From Phycisphaerae bacterium (GTDB taxonomy: Bacteria > Planctomycetota > Phycisphaerae > UBA1845 > Fen-1342), in the NCBI GenBank assembly GCA_963675745.2, contig CAXXWX010000019.1:320001-384000 (forward strand): a DNA stretch of 64,000 bases, in the 5' to 3' direction. Positions 1-9,445 of this stretch are shown here, in pieces; the stretch's first letter is position 1, and every line of letters begins with the position of its first letter. A program made the position numbers and the translations under genes. Below the pieces are notes generated by a model. That model did no database searches and was not told the DNA's origin. It worked only from the letters and a program-made list of their open reading frames with translations.

Positions 1-2
1 CG

Positions 3-200
<198 letters not shown>

Positions 201-268
201 GTCCGCGCGGCAAGTGCCGATTCGATTCGTCTTCCCGGCTATCCCGCGCCCGCCGCATGACCGTGCGT

Positions 269-1258
269 CTATGACTCGGGCGGTTTCCAGCCATAGGTGA
301 CGTACTCGCGGTCAAACGTGCCGTCCGCATAGAGATTGACCAGCGCATAGCCCGGCGCGCATTCATAGTAGTCGCCGCGCCACCAGGCTCCGCTCACCGC
401 GCCGCCACACAGGTACGACGCGCCCAGATAATCAGCGCGGTCAACCAGGTGTATGTGCCCGCTGAGGCACACTTTGACATTACTGTGCTTGTGGAACAGG
501 TCCTTGATCCGGCGGGCATCGACGTGCATCAACGCGGCCGGCACAACCCACTCGCCCGTCTTCTCCAGATCGCCGTCAAAGAACACGCACACCGACAGGA
601 TCGGTTCATGCGATAGGAGTAATACCGGCGTGCTCGGATCAGTGGCAGCCAGATCGGAGGCGAGCCACTCGAATTGCTCATCGTCGAGCCGGGCCTCATA
701 GCCATTGCCGACCGGAAATGTGCTGTCCAGGAAAATGAAGTGCCAGCCGGCCCGATCAAAGCTGCGATACGGCTTCTGCATGCCGAAGATTTCCATGGCC
801 CACTTCTTGCCGAAACGCGGCTCGTTGCCGGTCGTTTTGGCCTTGGGTTTGTTCAAACCCCACACGTCGTGGTTGCCGATGCAGGACTCGACCGGGAGTG
901 AGCACTCCGCCTTGAGCATCCGTTTCCACAGATCCCACTGAAGCTGCGTGCGCTGCTCGTCGGCGGCCAGGCTGTCCATGATCGTGTCACCCCCGGTAAA
1001 GATCACATCGGCCTTGTCGGGCTGGCTCTGGACGTGCGCGAGGCAGGCGGCGAAGCCCTCGGGGGCATTCCGTTCCGGCGCGAGATGAATATCCGTCAGA
1101 TGGGCGATGCGCAGCACGCGCTTGCGCGGTGACTTCGCGCCGTCCGATTGGGCCTTGGCGGAAAGCGGCACGCCCAGCGCCGCTGCCGCGGTTGCCACGA
1201 CACCGGTCGTGATGAGTTGCCGGCGAGTTGGGTTTGTTACATTGACTTTGGGGTCCAT
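269..1258 (-). CDS. Tat-exported calcineurin-like metallophosphoesterase
   Basis: Twin-arginine signal (TRRQLI...AKA) and the motifs DIH, GGD, GNHD, SH and GHIH. Confidence 0.88.
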   Translation of the reverse strand: MDPKVNVTNPTRRQLITTGVVATAAAALGVPLSAKAQSDGAKSPRKRVLRIAHLTDIHLAPERNAPEGFAACLAHVQSQPDKADVIFTGGDTIMDSLAADEQRTQLQWDLWKRMLKAECSLPVESCIGNHDVWGLNKPKAKTTGNEPRFGKKWAMEIFGMQKPYRSFDRAGWHFIFLDSTFPVGNGYEARLDDEQFEWLASDLAATDPSTPVLLLSHEPILSVCVFFDGDLEKTGEWVVPAALMHVDARRIKDLFHKHSNVKVCLSGHIHLVDRADYLGASYLCGGAVSGAWWRGDYYECAPGYALVNLYADGTFDREYVTYGWKPPES

Positions 1259-1375
1259 GGCGCTCCCTTCCTGGGCTGTTCAGACCTGTCACGGGTTGGC
1301 GAAGTGACTCGCGTGCATGGTATCCTCTGCGCGGGGCAACTGGCAACTCGGGCCCTATTGCCGCGGGAGACTGTC

Positions 1376-2383
1376 ATGCGAGCGATGGTGTTGGAGAACC
1401 GCGCGTCGATCGAAACATCACCTCTAAAGCTGATCGAGTTGCCTGATCCACAGCCGGGCCCCGGCGAATTACGCGTGCGCGTGCACACCTGTGCCATCTG
1501 TCGGACAGACCTGCATGTGATCGAAGGGGACTTGCCCCGCCAGAAACTGCCGATTGTCCCCGGCCACCAGATTGTCGGCGTAGTTGACGCTGCTGGTCCG
1601 GGCTGCCGGAGGGAGGCCGTCGGTAAACGTGTCGGCGTTGCCTGGCTGCGGCACACGTGCGGTACCTGCCGATTTTGTCAGCGCGGCCACGAAAACCTCT
1701 GCGAGTCGTCACGCTTCACCGGCTATCACGCCGATGGCGGCTATGCCGAGCTGGCGGTCGTGCCTGAGCAGTTCGCCTACGAAATCCCCGACGCGTTCAG
1801 CGACAACGATGCGGCGCCGCTGCTGTGCGCCGGAATCATCGGCTATCGCGCGCTCAAACGTTGCGCTATTCCGCGCGGCGGGCGCCTGGGCTTGTACGGT
1901 TTCGGATCGTCGGCACACGTCGTGATCCAGATTGCGCTGTACCGTGGCTGCGAGGTCCACGTCGTCAGCCGAAATGACAACCATATCGACCTGGCCCGCA
2001 AGATGGGTGCGAGCTGGGCCGGGAAGCGCGCCGAACAAATGCCGGTGAAGGTCGACGCCGCAATCATCTTCGCCCCCGCAGGAGAGCTGGTGCCGACGGC
2101 GCTGGCGCAACTGGAGAAGGGGGGCACGCTCGCACTGGCCGGCATCTACATGACCGACATCCCGCAGATGCAATATGAGCGTCACCTGTTCTATGAGCGC
2201 GACATCCACTCGGTAACCGCCAACACCCGGCTGGACGGGCGCGAGTTGCTGGACGAGGCGGCGGAAATCCCCATCCGCCCGCACGTGACGACCTACCCAC
2301 TGGCCGACGCCAACCGCGCCCTGCAAGACCTGAAGGGTGATCGCATCGATGGCACCGGCGTGCTTAGGGTTAGCGATGGTTGA
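1376..2383 (+). CDS. Zinc-dependent alcohol dehydrogenase family protein
   Basis: CRTDLH, GHQIVG, structural zinc CGTCRFC...C, APLLCAG and Rossmann GLYGFGS. Start moved to ATG 1376, which follows GGGAGA. Confidence 0.92.
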   Translation: MRAMVLENRASIETSPLKLIELPDPQPGPGELRVRVHTCAICRTDLHVIEGDLPRQKLPIVPGHQIVGVVDAAGPGCRREAVGKRVGVAWLRHTCGTCRFCQRGHENLCESSRFTGYHADGGYAELAVVPEQFAYEIPDAFSDNDAAPLLCAGIIGYRALKRCAIPRGGRLGLYGFGSSAHVVIQIALYRGCEVHVVSRNDNHIDLARKMGASWAGKRAEQMPVKVDAAIIFAPAGELVPTALAQLEKGGTLALAGIYMTDIPQMQYERHLFYERDIHSVTANTRLDGRELLDEAAEIPIRPHVTTYPLADANRALQDLKGDRIDGTGVLRVSDG

Positions 2384-2528
2384 CACTTCACCGTCCGGGC
2401 GGTTCTGATGTCGCACCGGTGAATGAGCGAGCCCGCGAGGAGAATCCAGTCCATGCCCTGCCCACGGTGGTCATCGACCAGCCCCAGCCGTCCCGCGCAT
2501 GACCCTGGCTGTCTGGTGTTCCAACCCC

Positions 2529-2707
2529 GTAGCGGCCTGCGCCCCGCAGGCCGCCGGTGCGAGAGGACGCTTCCGTCGGTGTGCCACGGCTCTGTGAGCC
2601 GTGATGCTCGCTCGAAAACCGCACTGCTCAAGAGCAGGGGCACACTTTCTGGGAATGGCCCGCGCCCCGCCGGCCACCACGGTTGTGGGACCGGCTTCCA
2701 GCCGGTC
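2529..2707. repeat. Cluster of REP-like palindromes (BIME-like)
   Basis: GTAG-footed hairpin gcggcctgcg-ccc-cgcaggccgc (2529-2554). An inverted pair gtgtgccacggctctgtgagccgtg (2579-2603) and gcactgctcaagagcaggggcacac (2621-2645). A further hairpin gaccggct-tcc-agccggtc (~2689-2707). Confidence 0.65.
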
Positions 2708-2764
2708 AAGACGACGGCCGACAAGGGTATCGGTCGCCGCACAGCTCGCCCGCGTGACCGATGC

Positions 2765-4186
2765 ATGTCCCGCACAGTCGGCCGCGCTATCGTCATACTG
2801 GCCCTGGCCGGTCTCGGCGGCTGTCCGCGCTGGCTGCCCGATCCGGGCTTCGTACCCATCAGTGACCACGGTTTTGACGCCGCGGACAACGCCCGTGATT
2901 TCAACGACTATCCCTGGGCCATGGAGTATTTCACGCCGGACGGTGTGGCTGAGGGTCACCTCTACGTCGCGACGGGCAACAGCGTGGTTAACCAGGTGCT
3001 GTGGCAGGTGGGTGTCGATGTCGCGGCCGACCCGCTGTTCCGTCCGGGCGAGATTCGTCGCTACCGCCCCGACCTGGGTCCCAAGACCTGGGAGAAAGTC
3101 TACGACCAGCGCGACACGGATGACGGCCCCGCGTGGCGCTCGTCCGGCTTCCGCGCCATGGCGACCTACACATCCGCCGCAGACGGCGTGACATACCTGT
3201 ACTGCGGCACGTTTGGCGACAACCCGACGTTGCTGCGCAGCCCGAGCGGCGACCCCGGCACCTGGGAGACGGTCTGGTCGCACGACACGCGCGGCTCCAT
3301 CCGTGACCTGGCCCTGCACGACAGCAAGCTGTACGTGGCCGTAACGCACGAGATGCAGTGGCCGATGCTCGTCGGCGAGATCTTCATGACCGACGGAGAC
3401 ACCGTCACTCGCGTCGTGGATGACGGATTCGGCAATCCCTTCAACATCGGCGTGTTCGCGCTGCGGTCGTTTAATGGCTGGCTGTACGCCGGCACGATGA
3501 ACATTGTCCAGGGTTACGAGGTGTGGAAACTCGCCGGCCCCGACGGGCAGGCCACCCCGGTGCCGGTGATCACCGGCGGCGGACCATCACGGGCCAACAT
3601 CGCCGTCACCGAAATGCGCGTCTTCAAAGACAGGCTCTATGTTGCCTCGCTGCTTTTCCTGGGAGTCAACTTCGCGGGCGACACGTTTTGGCGCGGGGCG
3701 GACATGGTGCGCGTCAACGCCGACGACCAGGTGGATATTGTCGTCGGTCCGGGATCGCTCGGCGGCGTGGGCTCGGGCCTCGGCAGCCTGGCCAATGCCT
3801 ATCTCTGGTCGCTCGCCGTCCATCAGGACAAGCTCTACTGCGGCACGTGGGATTCATCCAGCATCGTGCCGGTCGGCGCCGAATACTGGCGGGATATACG
3901 CCGCACCGTCAACCAGGCCCTGGGCGTGCCGGTGTTTCAGAACGACCCCGCGCAGCTTGGCATCAACCTGCTGGACTTCCCGTCGATATACAGCACGATA
4001 GTCGACAACGGCGGTGAATTGTGGTGCTCCGATGACGGCGTGCGCTGGGACCCGGTCTTCACCAACGGCCTTGGTAACTACAACAACTACGGCGTGCGGA
4101 AGATCGTCTCGGCAGGCGATACGCTCTACGTTGGACTATCCAACGTAATCGACGGCTTGGAAGTGTGGATGCGGCGGGAGGAATAG
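2765..4186 (+). CDS. Putative lipoprotein with repeated beta-propeller-like blades, function unknown
   Basis: Lipobox-like LAGLGGC after a hydrophobic stretch. Repeated GxGNxxNxxxxxLxxxxxxLYxGT units. Start moved to ATG 2765 because the upstream in-frame extension spans REP elements. Confidence 0.75.
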   Translation: MSRTVGRAIVILALAGLGGCPRWLPDPGFVPISDHGFDAADNARDFNDYPWAMEYFTPDGVAEGHLYVATGNSVVNQVLWQVGVDVAADPLFRPGEIRRYRPDLGPKTWEKVYDQRDTDDGPAWRSSGFRAMATYTSAADGVTYLYCGTFGDNPTLLRSPSGDPGTWETVWSHDTRGSIRDLALHDSKLYVAVTHEMQWPMLVGEIFMTDGDTVTRVVDDGFGNPFNIGVFALRSFNGWLYAGTMNIVQGYEVWKLAGPDGQATPVPVITGGGPSRANIAVTEMRVFKDRLYVASLLFLGVNFAGDTFWRGADMVRVNADDQVDIVVGPGSLGGVGSGLGSLANAYLWSLAVHQDKLYCGTWDSSSIVPVGAEYWRDIRRTVNQALGVPVFQNDPAQLGINLLDFPSIYSTIVDNGGELWCSDDGVRWDPVFTNGLGNYNNYGVRKIVSAGDTLYVGLSNVIDGLEVWMRREE

Positions 4187-4273
4187 TGGGGGAGGGTTCA
4201 GATGGGAGGGTTTGGGGTTTGGCGTGCATGCCGCCGCGCTATTACTAGACCCTCTCTTCCGAATGGACGACGC

Positions 4274-5065
4274 ATGCCCGAGATCTACCCCAACGTGCTT
4301 ACGCTCGTGCTTTGCGCGCTGATCATGGCCGGCGCGCAGCTCATCTACGCCACCGTTGGGTTTGGCGCCGGCATGTTCGCGGTCGCGCTGCTCGCTCTGG
4401 TTCTGCCCGACCTGGCCGACGCGGTCACGATCTTGTTCGTGCTGACGGCCGTAACAGAGGTCTGGGTGCTGGCTCACGCGTGGCGCTCGGCCCGTTTCTC
4501 GTTGCTGCTCGGCTTGCTGGCGCCGATGGCGTTGGGAATGTGGATCGGCACCCAGTGGCTGGCGAGCGCCGACGTTGCCGGCTTGAAGCGCGTATTGGGC
4601 GTTGTCGTTGCGCTTGCCGGTGTGTGGTTTCTCTATAGCGCGGCGCGCTCCGCAGGCACGCCTGTCGATCCGCCGGCGGCCGGCGTCAAGCGCTCCCGCT
4701 GGAAAGACTGGCTGAGCCTGCCGGCGGGCTTTGCCTCGGGTGTGCTGGGCGGCCTGTTCGGCACTGGCGGACCGCCCGTGATCATCTTCCTCAGGGGTCA
4801 TGGACTCGACAAGGGCGCGTTCCGGGCCACGCTGCTGTGGTATTTCCTGATCATGACCTGCGTGCGGGCCGTGACGTATGTGCGGGCGGGCCTGCTGACA
4901 GGACACGAGGTCATCGCCGCGGCATGGCTCTTGCCGGCGTCCATCGGCGGCATGCTGGCGGGCATGCTGCTGCACCGGCGGCTGGCGGAGCGACATTTCG
5001 CAATCGCAGTGTCGGCGTTGCTGGTGGTTCTCGGCGGAATACTGCTGCTCGGCGCCGGCAAATGA
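4274..5065 (+). CDS. Sulfite exporter TauE/SafE family membrane protein
   Basis: About 8 hydrophobic helices, with GFGAG, GGLFGTGGPP and FRATL motifs. Confidence 0.85.
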   Translation: MPEIYPNVLTLVLCALIMAGAQLIYATVGFGAGMFAVALLALVLPDLADAVTILFVLTAVTEVWVLAHAWRSARFSLLLGLLAPMALGMWIGTQWLASADVAGLKRVLGVVVALAGVWFLYSAARSAGTPVDPPAAGVKRSRWKDWLSLPAGFASGVLGGLFGTGGPPVIIFLRGHGLDKGAFRATLLWYFLIMTCVRAVTYVRAGLLTGHEVIAAAWLLPASIGGMLAGMLLHRRLAERHFAIAVSALLVVLGGILLLGAGK

Positions 5066-5126
5066 ACCCCCCGGCTCCGAGCAGAACGTCCACTCGCGTC
5101 CGTCAAACCTACTGTGTTCTGTGCGT

Positions 5127-5145
5127 CACGGCTCTGTGAGCCGTG
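5127..5145. repeat. REP-like palindrome copy
   Basis: cacggctc-tgt-gagccgtg, identical to 2585-2603. Confidence 0.7.
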
Positions 5146-5157
5146 CTTTCCCAGCGC

Positions 5158-5272
5158 CAACGGTGCCAGAAAATCTTCCTGACACCTTTGCTGTTTTCTG
5201 ACACCTTTGCTGTTTTCAACGGTGCCAGAAAATCTTCCTGACACCTTTGCTGTTTTTGACACCTTTGCTGTT
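5158..5272. repeat. Nested tandem repeat (two ~59-bp units, each holding two TGACACCTTTGCTGTT subunits)
   Basis: caacggtgccagaaaatcttcctgacacctttgctgtt begins at 5158 and 5217. The 16-mer tgacacctttgctgtt occurs at 5180, 5199, 5239 and 5257. Confidence 0.85.
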
Positions 5273-5479
5273 CCCGGACGAAGAAGGAACGGCGTTCGGT
5301 GCTGAATGGGCTGGGGCGTGATGTCACGTATGAGTACGACACGGAGTACGGTTGCGCTTGTGATAGGCATCGCCTTCGTGCGTCGCGTGCGGGCGGGCCA
5401 GGGAAAGACGAGATGCTGTTCAACGTTGTGAAGAGGCCGCTTGACCAGGGCCCGGTCTTGATCGGATAGGCGGAGGACG

Positions 5480-8104
5480 CTACGGAGCCGACGGATCAGA
5501 CGTCGCCGGGGCGATCTCTGACTTGCCGCGGTACTCTTCCGCCTGTTCAGGTTTTCCCCAGGCCTCGTAGAGTTCGATCAGCGCTTCGCGAGCGTTGTTA
5601 GTCCGCTCGTGCTGGTCGCCCAGCGTGACACGCAACGCCTCATAGGCTGCGGTCAGATGGGTCTCCGCTTCCTCGAACCGCTCCAACGCCGTCAGGCACT
5701 TGCCCAAGCCGGTTTGCACGATGAGTGTGCCGAAGTGCTCTGCGCCCAGCACTTCCGCATGGGTGGCAAGCGATTCGGCGAATATGGGCGCCGCTTCGGC
5801 CGGCCTGCCCAGCTCCAGCAGTATTGAGGCCAGATTGCATTGCATGGCCAGTCGAAACGGGTGCCGCTCGTCGAGCACGCCATCAACGCTGGCCAACGCC
5901 TCTTTGATCAGCGCCTGCGCTGCGACCAGGTCACCTTGGCCCTGCAACAAGCTGGCCAGGTTGTTGATGGACGCCAATGTGTTGGGATGGGTCGGGCCGA
6001 GCACCCGGCGCTGGTGTTCGATGGTCTCGCGCAGGATGTGTTCCGCGTCGGCGGTTCTTCCGAGCTTTCCGAGCGCGGTGGCGAGAATCGTGTTGGCATA
6101 GAGCGTCACCGGATGGTCCGCACCGCCGTCCCCGGCGCAGTTCGTCACGATCTCGCGCATCAGCGGCTCTGCCTCATCGGGCCGCCCGAGGGCAAGCAGC
6201 AGAGTGCCCAGGTTGCAACCCGCCGCCAGCGTGTCGCTATGAGCCGGTCCCAGCCGGGCGCGCATGCGCTCATACGCCTCGCGCTGCAATGGCTCGGCTT
6301 CGGCCAGGCGCCCGAGATCCTTTAGCAGCGTGGCATAGTTGTTCGTCGCTATGATCGTCTCAATATGGTTGTCACCCAGTTGCCGGCGGTGCAGGGCCAG
6401 CACCTCTTGCATTAGCGGCTCCGCCTCGGCGAGATGTCCCTGATCGAGAAGCAATGCCGCCAGGCTGTTCATCGAGATGAGTGTATCGATGTGCGTATTG
6501 CCGACGCTCGCGCGCCGAAGTTCGAGCGCGCGCTCCAGGTGCGTCCGCGCCTCAGCGTAGAGGCCCAGCTTCTGATAGGTCGTGCCAATGACCATTCGTA
6601 CGGCCGCCTCGACTTCGGGCTGGTCACGCAGCTCGACTGCAACGCGACTCGCGGCGGCGTCGAGCATCTCCCGCAACGTCACGTCTCGGCCGCGCGTGTT
6701 GGCGGGGTCAACCGACGAGAGCATCGCCTCAATGAAGGCACTGACCTCCTTGGTCTGTTCGTGTGCGCTCTCCGCGGCATCGCGCTGCCGGGCGGCCACG
6801 CGCGCTTGCCAGCCCGCCACGGCAACGCCGCCAACAAGCGAGAGCAGAACGACCGCCGTGGCCAGCACGCCGAGACTGTGCCGGCGGATGAATTTCGAAG
6901 CTCGATAGCCCATCGTGTCGGCGCGCGCTATGACTGGCAGGCCCACCTGGTGTCGCCGGATGTCCTCGGCAAACTGCTGGGCCGACTCATAGCGGCGCTG
7001 CGGCTCCTTGCGCAGAGCCATCAGCACGATGTTGTCGAGATCGCCACTGAGTCGGCGGCGAAGGCGCTGCGGCTCGCCGTCGCGCATGCTGCTGACGATC
7101 TCCGGCGTGAGCCTGACGACGCTTGACCCGTCCGACGACCTCACCTCAACGACGCGCCGGATGGCCGTACTGGGCTTCTGAAGTTCCGCCTCGCAGATGA
7201 CGCGCTCGATATCCTGCGGCCGGTTGCTATCGAACCGATATGGACGGTGTCCGGTCAGCAATTCGTAGAGGATGATGCCGAGCGAGTAGATGTCGGTGGC
7301 GGTCGAGATTGCCTGCCCGCTCACCTGCTCGGGGCTGGCGTGCTCCGGCGTCATCACCTGCATCCCCGTCACCGTCATCGCGCCCGCTCCGGCGGCCGGC
7401 GCGTCGTCAAGCAGCTTGGCGATGCCGAAGTCAAGCAGCTTGGGCACGCCATCGGCGGCAACGAGTATGTTCGCGGGCTTCAGATCGCGATGAACGATGA
7501 GGTTCTGGTGAATATACTGCACCCCCGCGCAAACCTGCCGGAACAGCAACAGCCGCTGCGAGGTTGGCAGCTTCTGATTGTCGGCGTACTCCGTAATCGG
7601 GACGCCCTCGACGTACTCCATCACGAGATACGGCTGTCCGTCATCGGTGACGCCACCGTCGAGCAGCCGGGCGATGTTGGGGTGGTCGAGGTTCGCCAGC
7701 AATTGCCGTTCACGCAGAAAGCGGCGCAGGGCATCATCGCTTTCGAACCCGCGCTTGATCAGCTTGACGGCGACGGTCTTCTCATACTGGCCATCCGCAC
7801 GAGAGGCGGCAAACACGCTTCCCATGCCCCCCGCACCAATCACGCGTTCCAGTCGATATGCACCCACCAGCGAGCCGACCCGCCGTTCGTCCGCCCGGCC
7901 GTCCGGAATGGCAAACTCATCGCGTGCCGTAGGTGTCCGAAGGAAGTTGCCGCCCCCGTCCGCCGCCAGCATCCCCTCGACCTCGGCGCGCAGCGCCTGA
8001 TCGTCGCCACAAGCGGTTTGGAGGAACGCCGCGCGATCGTCCGGGTCGCGCTCCAGCGCGTCGTGAAAGAGCTCTTTGGCGCGCTGCCACCTATTATCCG
8101 TCAT
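5480..8104 (-). CDS. Hanks-type Ser/Thr protein kinase with a TM helix and C-terminal TPR array
   Basis: IGAGGMGSV, VAVK, HRDLKPANIL, DFGIAK and ASPEQ motifs. TM segment LGVLATAVVLLSLVGGVAVAGW. Repeated LGxxHxxTLxxxNNLA TPRs. Confidence 0.95.
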   Translation of the reverse strand: MTDNRWQRAKELFHDALERDPDDRAAFLQTACGDDQALRAEVEGMLAADGGGNFLRTPTARDEFAIPDGRADERRVGSLVGAYRLERVIGAGGMGSVFAASRADGQYEKTVAVKLIKRGFESDDALRRFLRERQLLANLDHPNIARLLDGGVTDDGQPYLVMEYVEGVPITEYADNQKLPTSQRLLLFRQVCAGVQYIHQNLIVHRDLKPANILVAADGVPKLLDFGIAKLLDDAPAAGAGAMTVTGMQVMTPEHASPEQVSGQAISTATDIYSLGIILYELLTGHRPYRFDSNRPQDIERVICEAELQKPSTAIRRVVEVRSSDGSSVVRLTPEIVSSMRDGEPQRLRRRLSGDLDNIVLMALRKEPQRRYESAQQFAEDIRRHQVGLPVIARADTMGYRASKFIRRHSLGVLATAVVLLSLVGGVAVAGWQARVAARQRDAAESAHEQTKEVSAFIEAMLSSVDPANTRGRDVTLREMLDAAASRVAVELRDQPEVEAAVRMVIGTTYQKLGLYAEARTHLERALELRRASVGNTHIDTLISMNSLAALLLDQGHLAEAEPLMQEVLALHRRQLGDNHIETIIATNNYATLLKDLGRLAEAEPLQREAYERMRARLGPAHSDTLAAGCNLGTLLLALGRPDEAEPLMREIVTNCAGDGGADHPVTLYANTILATALGKLGRTADAEHILRETIEHQRRVLGPTHPNTLASINNLASLLQGQGDLVAAQALIKEALASVDGVLDERHPFRLAMQCNLASILLELGRPAEAAPIFAESLATHAEVLGAEHFGTLIVQTGLGKCLTALERFEEAETHLTAAYEALRVTLGDQHERTNNAREALIELYEAWGKPEQAEEYRGKSEIAPATSDPSAP

Positions 8105-8675
8105 TGGTGGGCTCCGGCTGGAGTCGCTGTCGCAACCAGGCTTTCGCCGCCCGCCACTCGCGTTCGATCATCCGGAGCGAAAGCCCGAGCAGGTCCGCCA
8201 CCTCCTCGTTCGTGAGTCCGCCGAAAAAGCGCAACTCGACGATGCGGACCGGTTGCTGGTCTTCCTGCGCCAGTTGCCCGAGCGCTTCATCCAAGGCCAG
8301 CAGATCGATGGCCCTCGATTCGAACAGGGCGACGGCGTCATCGAGCGGGATGCGCCGTTGCCCACCGCCGCGCTTGGCGGCTTTGCGGCCGCGGGCGTGG
8401 TCGACCAGGATCGACCGCATGGCGCGTGCCGCCAACCCGACAAAGTGGCTGCGATCGGCGGCGACCGCCTGGCTCTGGTTGATCAGTCGCAAATAGGCTT
8501 CGTGAACGAGCGCCGTCGGCTGAAGCGTGTGTCCGGGCCGCTGGCGGCGCAAGTAGCGGCTGGCGAGCTCACGCAATTCCTGGTAGACGATCGGCAAGAG
8601 CTTGTCCGCCGCGCGTTGGTCTCCGTCGCGGAGACCCTTGAGAACGTTCGTGGCATCATCCGACGAACCCGACAC
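8094..8675 (-). CDS. ECF RNA polymerase sigma factor of the kinase-associated (ECF43-like) type
   Basis: LLPIVYQELRELA, HTLQPTALVHEAYLRL, ARAMRSILVDHAR...KRGGG and VELRFFGGL...REWRAAKAWL. Overlaps the kinase start by 11 nt. Start uncertain (GTG 8675 or ATG 8735). Confidence 0.92.
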   Translation of the reverse strand: MSGSSDDATNVLKGLRDGDQRAADKLLPIVYQELRELASRYLRRQRPGHTLQPTALVHEAYLRLINQSQAVAADRSHFVGLAARAMRSILVDHARGRKAAKRGGGQRRIPLDDAVALFESRAIDLLALDEALGQLAQEDQQPVRIVELRFFGGLTNEEVADLLGLSLRMIEREWRAAKAWLRQRLQPEPTNDG

Positions 8676-8887
8676 GGTGCTGTCTGCCCGAGCAAGAGTG
8701 ATCGATTGGGCGGTTTTCCGCCGACCTCTCGCCATTGTACGGGCATTGTTCGACGCTTCACAAGGAGGCCGGGTGTGCGCGCGTTGGCATGATGTCTCAG
8801 CGACGGCTTGCCGGGTTCTGTCGGCCTCCTCGACGTGATGGCGGCTACGGCACCTTCGCCCCCGACACCGCGACCGCCGCCGCTAGC

Positions 8888-9397
8888 TCAGGCCCCGATC
8901 ATTACGGTGAAGCAACCCAGGGCGACGGCGCCCGGCGGGCCTTTGCACTCGGTGATGTCGCTTACCCGCGCGGCGGGCTTGTTGCCGATGTACACCGTTG
9001 TGCTGCCCGGCGGCAGGATCGTCCCACCAACGTGCGGCTTGAGCACGTCGACCATCGGGCAGACGTGCGGGTCGCCCACGCAGGCGGCGGGCAGGAGGCC
9101 GATGAAGACACGCGCCGCGACGCCCGTCACGATCGGGCCGATCACGCCGCCATGAGCCGTCAGATCACCCAGTCGGGCGGCGGGCATGCCGGCTCCAGGC
9201 GTCGGCGGCCCGGGGATTTCAGGCGGCTCGGGCGCCGGGCCGTGCGCTTCCTCAAAAGCCGCCTGGTATGCGGCCTTGTCAGCCTCGGTGGTCGGCGTGC
9301 CGTCGGGATGTTGCTCCGGCGGTTCGAAGTCCTCGTAATAGCCCGCGACGGCGTGCGCCTGGCCGGCCGCGGCGTTGCACTGGTCTTCAAGGCTCAT
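8888..9397 (-). CDS. PAAR-domain spike-tip protein with ~70-aa acidic/Pro-rich N-terminal extension
   Basis: Three PAAR-type motifs (MPAARLGD, LPAACVGD, KPAARVSD) and His/Cys candidate zinc ligands (AHGG, HVCP...PHVGG, TEC). Confidence 0.92.
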   Translation of the reverse strand: MSLEDQCNAAAGQAHAVAGYYEDFEPPEQHPDGTPTTEADKAAYQAAFEEAHGPAPEPPEIPGPPTPGAGMPAARLGDLTAHGGVIGPIVTGVAARVFIGLLPAACVGDPHVCPMVDVLKPHVGGTILPPGSTTVYIGNKPAARVSDITECKGPPGAVALGCFTVMIGA

Positions 9398-9445
9398 GGC
9401 TTTGCATCTCGCCGTTAACGCGGCGCAGCATGCGCCGCGACTTAA

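Noticed and set aside
2423..2764. N-terminal extension of the 587-aa ORF
   Set aside because: It runs through REP-like hairpins, and the lipoprotein signal begins at ATG 2765.
5158..5272. Possible mini CRISPR array
   Set aside because: The intervening sequences are repeated or only 2-3 nt long, there are no unique spacers, and no cas genes are in the window.
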